A DNA stretch of 39,544 bases from NCBI GenBank assembly GCA_028286485.1, contig JAQBRM010000030.1, positions 1-39,544 on the forward strand, read 5' to 3'. How positions within the stretch are numbered: the stretch's first letter is position 1; the number at the start of each line of letters is the position of its first letter. This DNA comes from Candidatus Nomurabacteria bacterium (GTDB taxonomy: Bacteria; Patescibacteriota; Minisyncoccia; Phycocordibacterales; UBA9973). Shown here piece after piece: positions 1 to 8,994 of the stretch. The notes below the pieces were generated by a model. The model ran no database searches. It was not told where the DNA came from and saw only the letters and a list, made by a program, of their open reading frames with translations. The position numbers and the translations under genes are program-made.

Positions 1-60
1 TGCGGCCAGCAATGAACTGGCCCCCAGCACCTCCGGAAAAGTTGTTGAAATAACCTACGG

Positions 61-453
61 TTATTTCAATTCAACTTTTCCTCCGGCTTCCTCAATGGAT
101 TTCTTGAGGGCTTCTGCTTCGTCTTTCTTCAAACCATCTTTCAATGTTGAAGGAGCTGCATCCACGAGATCCTTGGCTTCCTTGAGCCCAAGACCAAGCG
201 CTTCCTTTACTACTTTCATCACCGCGATTTTCTGTTCGCCGGCTGATGCCAGTACTACGGTGAAGCTGTCTTTTTCTTCCGCTTCACCGGCCGCTGCTGC
301 AGGACCAGCTACTGCTACTGCAGAGGCTGATACACCGAATTTTTCTTCGAACACTTTTACCAGTTCGTTCAGTTCAAGTACGCTTAGCCCTTCGATAGCA
401 CTAACGATGTCCTTGAATTTCTTAGGAACTTCTACGTTGTTATTTTCTTCCAT
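61..453 (-). CDS. rplL: 50S ribosomal protein L7/L12
   Basis: [53 protein letters not shown] are L7/L12 signatures; follows rplJ. Confidence 0.98.
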   Translation of the reverse strand: MEENNNVEVPKKFKDIVSAIEGLSVLELNELVKVFEEKFGVSASAVAVAGPAAAAGEAEEKDSFTVVLASAGEQKIAVMKVVKEALGLGLKEAKDLVDAAPSTLKDGLKKDEAEALKKSIEEAGGKVELK

Positions 454-484
454 ATGTTTAATTTAAAGTTTATTAATAGAAATG

Positions 485-973
485 CTATGCATTCTTCCTT
501 GCAATTTGATCGAGCGCAATTGCGAACCGCTGAATTGGTGAATTGATGATATTGACGAACATGCCACGAAGCGTTTGCAACGGTGGAATGGTAGCAATAG
601 CCATCATTTCTGTTTGGTTTTTGTATCCTTTTTCAAATACGCCGCCGACAATACTGATGATACCCTTGTTGGTAGTCTGGAAGTCATAGACTTCTCGTGC
701 TGCCGCCAATGGATCGGTACTGTATGCCACAGCCACTTCGCCTTCCAACGGAGGAAGTTCTCCCGTGTAGCCTTGCTCTGCGAGCACGCGCTTCAAGAGG
801 GTTTTCTTCCCTACCTTATACCCTACGTCTGAAGCACGAAGCTTGCGACGGAGTGCATTACTGTTGAGGACAGTTTGCTTGTTGAACTGGACGAATACCA
901 CTGACTCGGCCCCAGTTACAATATCTGAAAAAGAGGACACGATTTCGTGCTTTTTCTCTTTTGAAATTGCCAT
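485..973 (-). CDS. rplJ: 50S ribosomal protein L10
   Basis: LRRKLR...YKVGKKTLLKR, GGVFE, IATIPPLQTLRGMFVNIINSP; directly upstream of rplL. Confidence 0.96.
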   Translation of the reverse strand: MAISKEKKHEIVSSFSDIVTGAESVVFVQFNKQTVLNSNALRRKLRASDVGYKVGKKTLLKRVLAEQGYTGELPPLEGEVAVAYSTDPLAAAREVYDFQTTNKGIISIVGGVFEKGYKNQTEMMAIATIPPLQTLRGMFVNIINSPIQRFAIALDQIARKNA

Positions 974-1009
974 AATAATTTGTTTAATGAACGTGTAAGT
1001 AAATAGAGT

Positions 1010-1085
1010 TTGACCTCGGCAGGCATTTATTATCCCAGCATCCTTCGCTTGCGCTCAGGACCTGCGGCCTGCTGTCTCTGACCTA
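1010..1085 (-). promoter_or_regulatory. L10 ribosomal protein leader (autogenous control RNA)
   Basis: Minus strand reads GAGACAGCAGGC...ATAATAAATGCCTGCCGAGGTC, matching the GACAGYAGG...CCURCCGAGG core of the L10 leader, directly 5' of rplJ. Confidence 0.8.
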
Positions 1086-1094
1086 CACGCTGTT

Positions 1095-1122
1095 ACTGTA
1101 TCAAAAATGCCCGAAAAGTCAA
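1095..1122 (-). promoter_or_regulatory. Putative sigma70 promoter of rplJL
   Basis: Minus strand TTGACT-N16-TACAGT with extended -10 (TGa) just upstream of the L10 leader. Confidence 0.5.
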
Positions 1123-1226
1123 CGGTACCTGAAATAAATGGTACCAGGTACCTTTTTATAAAATCTTTAGTATTTCTCCAGCCAGAATTGATATTGAATG
1201 TGTATTATATTATGATGATTTTATAT

Positions 1227-1496
1227 ATGAAGTTACCGCTAACAATTTTTAAGGAAGGGAAACAATTCGTGGCGTATACGCCAGCGTTGGATATTGCTAC
1301 AGCCGGAAAAACCGAGAAGGATGCGCGGAGAATGTTTCGGGAATTGGTTTCCGTTTTCATGGAAGAAATAATAACAACCGGCACGGCAGAAGAAGTACTT
1401 ACAGAGCTTGGCTGGAAGAAAGAGCAGGAAAAATGGAATCCTCCCCAATTGGCATCTTCGGATTTTATTGATATCAATATACCAGCGTTTGCATAA
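1227..1496 (+). CDS. hicB: HicB-like antitoxin (short, RNase H-like fold only)
   Basis: MKLPLTIFKEGKQFVAYTPALDIATAGKTEKDARRMFRE matches the HicB N-domain pattern; adjacent to a HicA-like gene; start moved to ATG 1227. Confidence 0.78.
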   Translation: MKLPLTIFKEGKQFVAYTPALDIATAGKTEKDARRMFRELVSVFMEEIITTGTAEEVLTELGWKKEQEKWNPPQLASSDFIDINIPAFA

Positions 1497-1499
1497 TCA

Positions 1500-1733
1500 A
1501 TGCCGAAAATACCACTCACGCACTGGAAGGAATTCGAGCGATTTTTGCTATCAGTCGGTTGCGGGTTTAAAAGAGAGAGGGGCGATCATCGTATCTATGG
1601 AAAACCGGGGATTAAAAGGCCGATTGTGATTCCACGAAATAATCCCCTCCCCTTGTTCATTATCTTAAATAATTTAAAAGTATTGGGGATAACAAGAGAG
1701 GAATATATTCAAAAAACTATTGAATGCCGATGA
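1500..1733 (+). CDS. hicA: HicA family mRNA interferase toxin
   Basis: 77 aa, basic; F-x-R-x-x-G-D-H motif (FKRERGDHRIY), RPIVIP, ILNNLKVLGITREEY. Confidence 0.85.
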   Translation: MPKIPLTHWKEFERFLLSVGCGFKRERGDHRIYGKPGIKRPIVIPRNNPLPLFIILNNLKVLGITREEYIQKTIECR

Positions 1734-2157
1734 TGCCCACGTTGTGGAGTGAGTCACAGCTGACCGGATAGGTGTCGTGGGTACCGAATGATAAAACGAC
1801 ATGGCCGAATGCCCCCACACTATAACTTTGCGCCCCGACGGTAATGGATCGTTGATAGTTGGAACGGTTATCGAACATGATCGTGTCCCCCACCTGTACC
1901 GTCATGGTAGCCGGACTGGCCACGCAATTTTTATCAAACTGCATAATGTTGTTGCTGTATGACTGAGCGATATTTTGTATGGCATCATTTGTTTGCACCG
2001 GGTACGCTTTATTGTCATTAATAAAATGCTGCGGATTGGGTAGGAATACTATCGGACTCTGAAAGTAGACATGCTTACGATAGAGCGTCCACGTTACAGC
2101 AACCGCCAGAATCACCGCAATAGCGATAATGATGACTGTCTTGTGCTTGGCCCACAT
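1717..2157 (-). CDS. Membrane-anchored cupredoxin-like beta-sandwich protein
   Basis: N-terminal TM helix; SPATMTVQVGDTIMFDNRS is a cupredoxin-like strand pattern; C-terminal YPVSCD. Confidence 0.6.
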   Translation of the reverse strand: MWAKHKTVIIIAIAVILAVAVTWTLYRKHVYFQSPIVFLPNPQHFINDNKAYPVQTNDAIQNIAQSYSNNIMQFDKNCVASPATMTVQVGDTIMFDNRSNYQRSITVGAQSYSVGAFGHVVLSFGTHDTYPVSCDSLHNVGIIGIQ

Positions 2158-2167
2158 ACGGTGACTA

Positions 2168-2620
2168 CTATTCTACGCCGATATTTGCAACGTTCGGCTT
2201 GTTGTCGCAATTGATAATAGTAGTACCTTTGCCGGTGAGGACGATCGGTCGGTAATGCAATCCAGCCATCGGATATGACCGGCCACTGATCGTAATGGTA
2301 TGTGACACGGTACTGTTGTCCACCAAGAGCACGGTGGTGCCTGCCTTCAATGCTTGTGTAATAGGAGTAGCAGTACAATCAGCGGCAAACGTCACACTCT
2401 GGTTGGCATACTTTTTCAATGTAGCATTCCACGCCATCATGGCTGCAGAAGGAGTGGCGGTGTGTACAGGCTTGGCTGCGACAGGCACAGGGGTGGTCAC
2501 CGTGTCAGTCGTAGGCGCTACGGCTGTTTTTTTGAAATACGGCATAGCCAACGCTAGAATAATGACGACAATAATTGCCAGGCCGGCGTATAATAAATGC
2601 TTATTGTTATTTTGTTCCAT
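2168..2620 (-). CDS. Membrane-anchored cupredoxin-like protein (paralog of 1717..2157)
   Basis: TM helix, Pro/Thr linker, CTATPITQALKAGTTVLLVDNS...HTITI...INCD...NVANIGVE; start taken at ATG 2620. Confidence 0.6.
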   Translation of the reverse strand: MEQNNNKHLLYAGLAIIVVIILALAMPYFKKTAVAPTTDTVTTPVPVAAKPVHTATPSAAMMAWNATLKKYANQSVTFAADCTATPITQALKAGTTVLLVDNSTVSHTITISGRSYPMAGLHYRPIVLTGKGTTIINCDNKPNVANIGVE

Positions 2621-2658
2621 ATGGCCATATTGTACCACAAATGGTATATACTGGTTCA

Positions 2659-3939
2659 ATGTTCCAACACCAGCGTTCCATGCTTTTCTTGGGAGACTGT
2701 CTATCGTTATTACTGGCCTTTTGGGCCATGACCCTCCTACGATTTAACATTCATATTGACCATGCCTTTTTACTGCAGCAGGCGCGCCTCTTTGCGTGGC
2801 TGTTCGTCATATGGCTGGTAGTCTTTTTTGTTTTTGATCTGTACAACCTGCGCCGCATCAATCCCAACCCACTGAACATCGGTCTCTTGCTCGCCAGCAC
2901 GGCGGTGAACATCGTGCTCGGCGTGGTCTACTTTTATATTTTTTCCGCTAACAATGGCATCAGCCCGAAGACCAACCTGATCCTCGTGGCAGTATTCTCT
3001 CTCGTCTTGCTCATCATCTGGCGGCGCTTGTTCTACCATCTCTTCACCATGCGCTTCACGCGCTCTATTGCCATCATCGGCACCAGTCCCCTGATTGCCG
3101 AGCTGAAGGCGGAATTCCAAACCCATCCTCACTTTGGCGATTTGGCAACGCATTGGCAGACCAGTGAAGAAGTCAGTACCGAGAGCGACGTGAATATTCT
3201 AATCGCCGAACAGATTGATCCGCAGCTTTTCTTAACACTTGCCCAACAACTCAATGCCGAGCCAATGACCCTGATCGAAAGCTACGAAACATTCTTCGGT
3301 AAGGTACCGCTATCATTGATTGGCAATGAACATGCCACCGCCATCATGACCCGCCATGACAACAAAGCCCTCCATTTCTTCACCCGCGTCGTTGAAATAG
3401 TTTTTGCATCCTTTATTCTGATCATCACTTCCCCTTTTCTGTTGATTGCAATCATCGCGCGATTGATTGAGGACGGAAACCCGATCTTTTACAACCACCA
3501 ACGCGTTGGCAAGAATGGCACACTCTTCACCGTGTACAAACTGCGCTCCATGGTCAAGAAAGCCGAGAAGGAAGGCGCGGTTTGGGCCGATAAGAAAGAC
3601 CTGCGCATTACCCTCGTCGGAAAAATCCTGCGCAAGACCCACCTCGATGAAGTACCGCAAATGATCAATATCATCAAAGGTGATATTGCCCTCGTCGGTC
3701 CCCGCCCCGAACGCCCCGAGTTCGTCTCCCAGCTCGAGCAGCACATCCCCTACTACTTCCTGCGCCACACCATCCGTCCGGGCTTCACCGGCTGGGCCCA
3801 GATCAAATACCGCTACGCCCGCACCGTCGACGACGCCAAGGAGAAATTCGAATATGATTTGTACTATTTGAAAAACCGTACCCTTCTTCTCGATATCGGC
3901 ATCGTATTGAAAACGCTGCAAATAATCTTCACGCATTAA
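2659..3939 (+). CDS. Polyprenyl-phosphate glycosylphosphotransferase (priming sugar transferase, WcaJ/WbaP family)
   Basis: N-terminal TMs plus Bac_transf domain: RVGKNG, KLRSM, LRKTHLDEVPQ, LVGPRPERP, RPGFTGWAQI, YDLYY. Confidence 0.93.
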   Translation: MFQHQRSMLFLGDCLSLLLAFWAMTLLRFNIHIDHAFLLQQARLFAWLFVIWLVVFFVFDLYNLRRINPNPLNIGLLLASTAVNIVLGVVYFYIFSANNGISPKTNLILVAVFSLVLLIIWRRLFYHLFTMRFTRSIAIIGTSPLIAELKAEFQTHPHFGDLATHWQTSEEVSTESDVNILIAEQIDPQLFLTLAQQLNAEPMTLIESYETFFGKVPLSLIGNEHATAIMTRHDNKALHFFTRVVEIVFASFILIITSPFLLIAIIARLIEDGNPIFYNHQRVGKNGTLFTVYKLRSMVKKAEKEGAVWADKKDLRITLVGKILRKTHLDEVPQMINIIKGDIALVGPRPERPEFVSQLEQHIPYYFLRHTIRPGFTGWAQIKYRYARTVDDAKEKFEYDLYYLKNRTLLLDIGIVLKTLQIIFTH

Positions 3940-3942
3940 TAT

Positions 3943-5388
3943 ATGAATCGTCTAAAAAATTTCTTCTTTAAGAATACCAGTACCAAACAAACAGTTGCTA
4001 AAAATACCGTTTGGCTTTTTCTGGGAGAAATACTGGGTCGTATATTGAAATTAGTCGTCATTGTTTTTGCCACTCGCGTGCTCGGTGTTAATGGCTGGGG
4101 GGCCTTTTCGTATGCTTTGGCCTTTGTCTCCGTTTTTTATGTCTTTGGCGATATTGGTATCAATACGTTTATCACTAAAGAATTATCTCAAGGGGGTGAA
4201 GAAAAATATCAATACCTCACCGCTTCATTAGTGCTTAAATTGGGGCTCTTATTATTGTCACTGGTGGTATCTCTTTTTCTCATTCCTCATCTTGGAACCG
4301 TACCATTAAGTCTTAAAATCGTTTTAGCATTAGCACTGCTTAATTTCTCCGATTCGCTACGAGAATTTGTTTTATCAATCAATCGCGCGCTTGAAAGAAT
4401 GGAACGTGAAGCGTTCATAAAAATTCTAATTAATGCCATCACTACTATCTTGGGCATAATCCTCCTCATTGCTCATCCTTCCCCGCTTTCTTTGGCTGTA
4501 GCGTACGCCACCGGCAGTATCATAGGAAGCATTGCGGCAATATGGATCATTGCCGGTGATCTTAAAAATATACAATGGAAATTCTCCACCAAGACCATCA
4601 GAGTGGTGGTCGACTTTGCATGGCCTTTTGTTGCCACCACACTTTTTTCCGTCGTGATTGCAAACATTGATACTATCATGCTGGGCCAGATGAAATCGGT
4701 TACTGAAGTAGGTTTGTATGCTGCCGCAGAACGCATCGTGCAGTTCTTAGCAATTATTCCCATCTTTGTAGGTCTTTCCACCTTTCCTCTCATGGCAAAA
4801 AATAAAGAGGATCCTATTGCTTCAAAACGTATTTTTGAAAAAATTATGACCATTATTTTGGCGTTGGCGTTTCCTATCGCCATTGGAGGTATGCTGTTGA
4901 GCGGCGCTATTATGACCACTGTCTTTGGTGCTTCTTATACAACCGGATCAACAGTATTGATTATTTTAATGATTTCAGCATTCGTTGATTTTCCCAATCT
5001 TATTCTCAGCAACGCCATCTTTGCGCGAAATTTGCAAAAGAAATTTATTATTGCCACCGCAATCGGTGTCTGTGCCAATGTACTATTAAACCTCTATCTT
5101 ATCCCTCGGTATGGCGCTGTCGGAGCCGCTCTTTCTACTGTTGGCTCGCAACTTTTCATCATGATCATCAATTGGCAAATGCTTAAAAGTTTTTTCTCGT
5201 TCAGCGTGGTGCCGAAACTCGGCAAAATTATCGTCGCGAATATACTGATAGCGGGCGTAATAATTCTGTGTAGCGCACTAAGCATGTATTTCATCATTAC
5301 CATTGTTATTGCTGTCCTGCTATACATGCTCATATTATATGCATTAAAAGAACAGGTGCTGACTGATATCTTCGGCCTCATTTTATAA
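3943..5388 (+). CDS. wzx: Polysaccharide flippase (Wzx/MOP family)
   Basis: Many TMs; KNTVWLFLGEILGR, RVLGVNGWGAFSYA, IDTIMLGQM, VGLYAAAERI, LIPRYGAVGAA. Confidence 0.92.
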   Translation: MNRLKNFFFKNTSTKQTVAKNTVWLFLGEILGRILKLVVIVFATRVLGVNGWGAFSYALAFVSVFYVFGDIGINTFITKELSQGGEEKYQYLTASLVLKLGLLLLSLVVSLFLIPHLGTVPLSLKIVLALALLNFSDSLREFVLSINRALERMEREAFIKILINAITTILGIILLIAHPSPLSLAVAYATGSIIGSIAAIWIIAGDLKNIQWKFSTKTIRVVVDFAWPFVATTLFSVVIANIDTIMLGQMKSVTEVGLYAAAERIVQFLAIIPIFVGLSTFPLMAKNKEDPIASKRIFEKIMTIILALAFPIAIGGMLLSGAIMTTVFGASYTTGSTVLIILMISAFVDFPNLILSNAIFARNLQKKFIIATAIGVCANVLLNLYLIPRYGAVGAALSTVGSQLFIMIINWQMLKSFFSFSVVPKLGKIIVANILIAGVIILCSALSMYFIITIVIAVLLYMLILYALKEQVLTDIFGLIL

Positions 5389-5393
5389 TCAGT

Positions 5394-6164
5394 ATGAAAA
5401 AAATAAGTATTTGCATACCAACATATGAAATGAAAGGAAAGGGGCACGTATTCCTCGAGCAAAGCTTCGGCATATTTGCCGAGCAAACATATCAAGATTT
5501 TGATATCGTTATATCGGATCACTCCCAAGATACTGCAATCGAAGATCTGTGTAAAACATATGCTGATAAACTGGATATTTACTACTATCGCAATACGGAA
5601 AATCGCGGCAACTCCTCTGCTAATATCAACAATGCCATTAAAAAAGCTACCGGCCAACTCATTAAGGTGCTTTTCCAGGATGATTTTCTTTTTCATGAAA
5701 AAGCATTGGCGGAAATTGCAAACTGTTTTGATGTGGAAAAGGATCACTGGCTGGTCAGTGGTTGCACTCATACCACAGACGGTACGACTTTTTTCAAACC
5801 GTTTTATCCTCGTCCTGATACCATACATTCCATATGGATAAAAACAGTATACAGCTCACCCTCCACCCTTACTATAAAAAACGATAGCCCGCTGCTTTTT
5901 GACGAGAGTCTGATATGGCTGATGGATAGTGATTATTATCGACGCTGTTATGATAAATTCGGCGAACCAAAAATTTTACATACTATCAATGTGGTAAACC
6001 GCGTCGGGGATCATCAAGTAACTAATACCGTAGCCAGCAGGGCATTGCAAAAAAGAGAGTACACCATGATGCTCGAGCGATATGAAAGAGGTCTCAATTT
6101 CTGGTATTATAGAACCGTCGGCTGCCTGAAAGATTTCATAAAACACATGCTCGGCAAGATATGA
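5394..6164 (+). CDS. Glycosyltransferase family 2
   Basis: KISICIPTYE, DIVISDHSQD, LFQDD motif. Confidence 0.9.
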   Translation: MKKISICIPTYEMKGKGHVFLEQSFGIFAEQTYQDFDIVISDHSQDTAIEDLCKTYADKLDIYYYRNTENRGNSSANINNAIKKATGQLIKVLFQDDFLFHEKALAEIANCFDVEKDHWLVSGCTHTTDGTTFFKPFYPRPDTIHSIWIKTVYSSPSTLTIKNDSPLLFDESLIWLMDSDYYRRCYDKFGEPKILHTINVVNRVGDHQVTNTVASRALQKREYTMMLERYERGLNFWYYRTVGCLKDFIKHMLGKI

Positions 6165-8131
6165 TCGTAACTGAATTATACAAAGGCCAAGGGTTGGGCA
6201 ATCAGCTGGCTTGTTATATTTGTACTCGGGTTATCGCCTTGGATAAGGGCTATGCTTTCGGTATCCAGTCTCCTGAAAATTTCAAGGGCGCTGATTTTCT
6301 CGATGTGGATTTTGGAGAAACGGTCATTGGCGGCAGTGGGCCGGAAGGAGGACCCCCTGCCACATTGCCGCAAGGTATTGCTCAGTATTATACAGAACGC
6401 CTGCTCTTTCATCCGGAAAACGGATCCAATATCACCACATATGATCCCCTGTTGGTTAATGTGGCTGATAACACCAAAATCGACGGATTGATGCAAGACG
6501 AGCAATATATCATCCACCGAAAAGATCAGATTAAAAAATGGCTTGCCGTAAAACCGGAATATGAATGTTATGACTATGCCGATGAAAACACCTGCGTTAT
6601 TAATTTCCGCGGCGGCGAATATGCCCGCCATCCAGAATTCTTTTTGAGCAAAAAATACTGGGATGATGCGGTACGTCACATGCTGACCATAAATAAAAAT
6701 TTCAGATTTATCGTCATTACAGATGATGTGTTTACGGCAAAAAAGTTCTTCCCGACCTATGACGTTTTCCATTTTAGTATCGGAAAAGATTACACTATCA
6801 TTAAAAACGCTCACTATCTCATTCTTTCCAACTCAACCTTCGCTTGGTTCCCGGCGTGGACCAGCGACGTATTGAAATTTTGCATTGCCCCGAAATATTT
6901 CGCTCGCCACAACATATCAGACGGGTACTGGAGTTTGGGATATAACATCACCACCCGTTGGAATTACATGGATCGAGAGGGCGTATTGCATGATTATGCT
7001 GCTTGCCTGGTACAGCTGAAGGAATATATGGAAAGCCATGCTGATTTTTACTCCCCCGCTATTGGGATCCCTCCTCGTCCCCTACACAAAAAAAGCGCCC
7101 GCTCTTTTCTGGCGGCCCATACTCCTCCACGAATTAAAAATGTCATAAAATCCATAATAAATGAAAGCAATGATATTTATAATACTATCAAAAGGCCCTT
7201 TGATTTAATAGCGGAAAAAAAGCGACGCCAAGCATGGCTTTCCGCCATCGAGTCGGCCGAATACCGTAAAAAAATAAAAGTGTATGATGTTTTTAATTTT
7301 TTTAATGAACTGGAAACGTTGGATATTCGCTTGAATATCTTGAATGAATATGTTGATTATTTCGTCCTTATCGAATCCACTCTTACGCACTCTGGCATGC
7401 CGAAGGAATTGCTGTATGAAAAAAATAAGCATCTTTTCAAGCCGTTTGAAAACAAAATCATTCACTATGTCATCGATGCTCCATTAAAAGATTTTGACGA
7501 TGCCCGACAAAGGCTGCTGGATCCCGCTACGCCAGCCCTAGAAAAAAGGATTTTAAATGATGCCCTGACTTCCGATAATATTCCGCCGGGAGATGATAAT
7601 TACCTGCGTGATTTCTATGAAAAAGAATCGGTTAAGAAACCTTTGGCGGATCTGGCGGATGATGACATATGCTACATATCCGACTTGGATGAAATCTGGA
7701 ATCCGGAAGCGCCGATTGATTATTCCAAAGATGATATTTATAGATATAAGCAAGATGCGTATGTGTACTATCTTAACAACCGCTCCAATGAGGACTGGAG
7801 AGGATGGACAGGAACCATCGCTACTAAATATAAGAACATAAAGAACAATTGCGTAAATGACTTGCGCACCTTTGGTAAAACCGCATACACTGTTATCCGA
7901 AACGGCGGTTGGCACTTTACCTTCCAAGGAGGAGCGCAAAGGATCAAGGACAAATTGGCTTCTTATAGCTATCATGAGCTCAATACGAAAGATACGCGGG
8001 CACAGGTAGAAAGCCTGCTATCGAAAAACAAGGATATCAAAGGAAGATATATCCGGTTCTGGAAAGATGAAAGCAAATTGCCGAAATACTTGTTGGACAA
8101 TAAGGAGAAATATAAAAGTTTATTTAAATGA
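6161..8131 (+). CDS. Two-domain glycosyltransferase: GT11-like N-terminus fused to GT17 (MGAT3-like) C-terminus
   Basis: N-half GQGLGNQL, NFRGGEY, LSNSTFAWFPAW (GT11-like); C-half VYDVFNFFNELETLDIRL, VDYFVLIES..THSG, SDLDEI, GGWHFTF (GT17). Confidence 0.8.
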   Translation: MIVTELYKGQGLGNQLACYICTRVIALDKGYAFGIQSPENFKGADFLDVDFGETVIGGSGPEGGPPATLPQGIAQYYTERLLFHPENGSNITTYDPLLVNVADNTKIDGLMQDEQYIIHRKDQIKKWLAVKPEYECYDYADENTCVINFRGGEYARHPEFFLSKKYWDDAVRHMLTINKNFRFIVITDDVFTAKKFFPTYDVFHFSIGKDYTIIKNAHYLILSNSTFAWFPAWTSDVLKFCIAPKYFARHNISDGYWSLGYNITTRWNYMDREGVLHDYAACLVQLKEYMESHADFYSPAIGIPPRPLHKKSARSFLAAHTPPRIKNVIKSIINESNDIYNTIKRPFDLIAEKKRRQAWLSAIESAEYRKKIKVYDVFNFFNELETLDIRLNILNEYVDYFVLIESTLTHSGMPKELLYEKNKHLFKPFENKIIHYVIDAPLKDFDDARQRLLDPATPALEKRILNDALTSDNIPPGDDNYLRDFYEKESVKKPLADLADDDICYISDLDEIWNPEAPIDYSKDDIYRYKQDAYVYYLNNRSNEDWRGWTGTIATKYKNIKNNCVNDLRTFGKTAYTVIRNGGWHFTFQGGAQRIKDKLASYSYHELNTKDTRAQVESLLSKNKDIKGRYIRFWKDESKLPKYLLDNKEKYKSLFK

Positions 8132-8982
8132 CTAAAATAATTAAAAAAATAAAAAAAGCCGTTGCTCGCAGATTACCCGAAAACATAAAAGGAGCGCTGC
8201 GCCCGTTTGTCCGAGCGGTGATCAGGAACGGCAATCCCGCCATCCCGGCAGAAGAATTGAAAGTGTTTGACTTGCTAAAAGCTGATTTTAAAACGGTGTT
8301 TGATATAGGGGCACGGGAAGATTTGTCGTTTTATGAACTGAAAAAAGATTGCTCATATTATTTATTTGAACCGCATACGGCAGCCATTGCGTTATTGAAA
8401 CAAAAAATCGCTTCTCTGGAGAAACCCGACATTACCCTCAATGAGTTCGGGCTATCAGATGAAAACAAGGATGATTGCGTATATTATGAAGACAGTCAAT
8501 CGTTTGCTCCCAATCCTTTTCATAAAAACATCGATAAGGGCCAGCGCTATTCCCTGCGCCCGCTTGATGGGTACGTTGAGCAGCATGGAATCATGCATAT
8601 CGATTTCCTTAAGATCGATGCGGAAGGATTTGATTATAAGATCATTAAGGGCGGTATTTATACCATCACTACCAAGGTAGATTATATTCAATTTGAATAC
8701 TGGGACGGGGTGCAAAAATTCGTCGATATGCTCAGCGATGTGTTTCAGTTGTACCTTATGATGGAACCGCAGCTTTTGGAGGCAATCACGGAAGACCTAT
8801 TTGATTCATTGACGGAAAGCCAAAAAAGCAAGGTGTACACTCTATCAGTGATTCCTTTAGATGCCGATCTTATCGATTTGATTGATCGCGTGCTGATTCC
8901 TGCGGGATGCGGAGGAAATATTTTGGGAGTCAATAAAAATATCCCGGTTTCCCATATCGATGCCATTGTTTTTCCTATATAA
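8128..8982 (+). CDS. FkbM family SAM-dependent methyltransferase
   Basis: VFDIGA, LFEP, IDFLKIDAEGFDYKII, IQFEY. Confidence 0.88.
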   Translation: MTKIIKKIKKAVARRLPENIKGALRPFVRAVIRNGNPAIPAEELKVFDLLKADFKTVFDIGAREDLSFYELKKDCSYYLFEPHTAAIALLKQKIASLEKPDITLNEFGLSDENKDDCVYYEDSQSFAPNPFHKNIDKGQRYSLRPLDGYVEQHGIMHIDFLKIDAEGFDYKIIKGGIYTITTKVDYIQFEYWDGVQKFVDMLSDVFQLYLMMEPQLLEAITEDLFDSLTESQKSKVYTLSVIPLDADLIDLIDRVLIPAGCGGNILGVNKNIPVSHIDAIVFPI

Positions 8983-8994
8983 TTTTGACGGCAT

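Noticed and set aside
4-22. GGCCAG...CTGGCC hairpin downstream of rplL
   Set aside because: It lies at the window edge with no visible U-tract, so terminator vs repeat fragment cannot be decided.
95-832. Plus-strand ORFs 95..466 and 575..832
   Set aside because: Antisense shadows of rplL and rplJ with no motifs. The same applies to the many other antisense ORFs over ftsK, recA, metG and the glycan genes.
1107-1226. Longer N-terminus of the HicB ORF
   Set aside because: It overlaps the rplJ promoter and AT-rich intergenic DNA; HicB similarity starts at ATG 1227.
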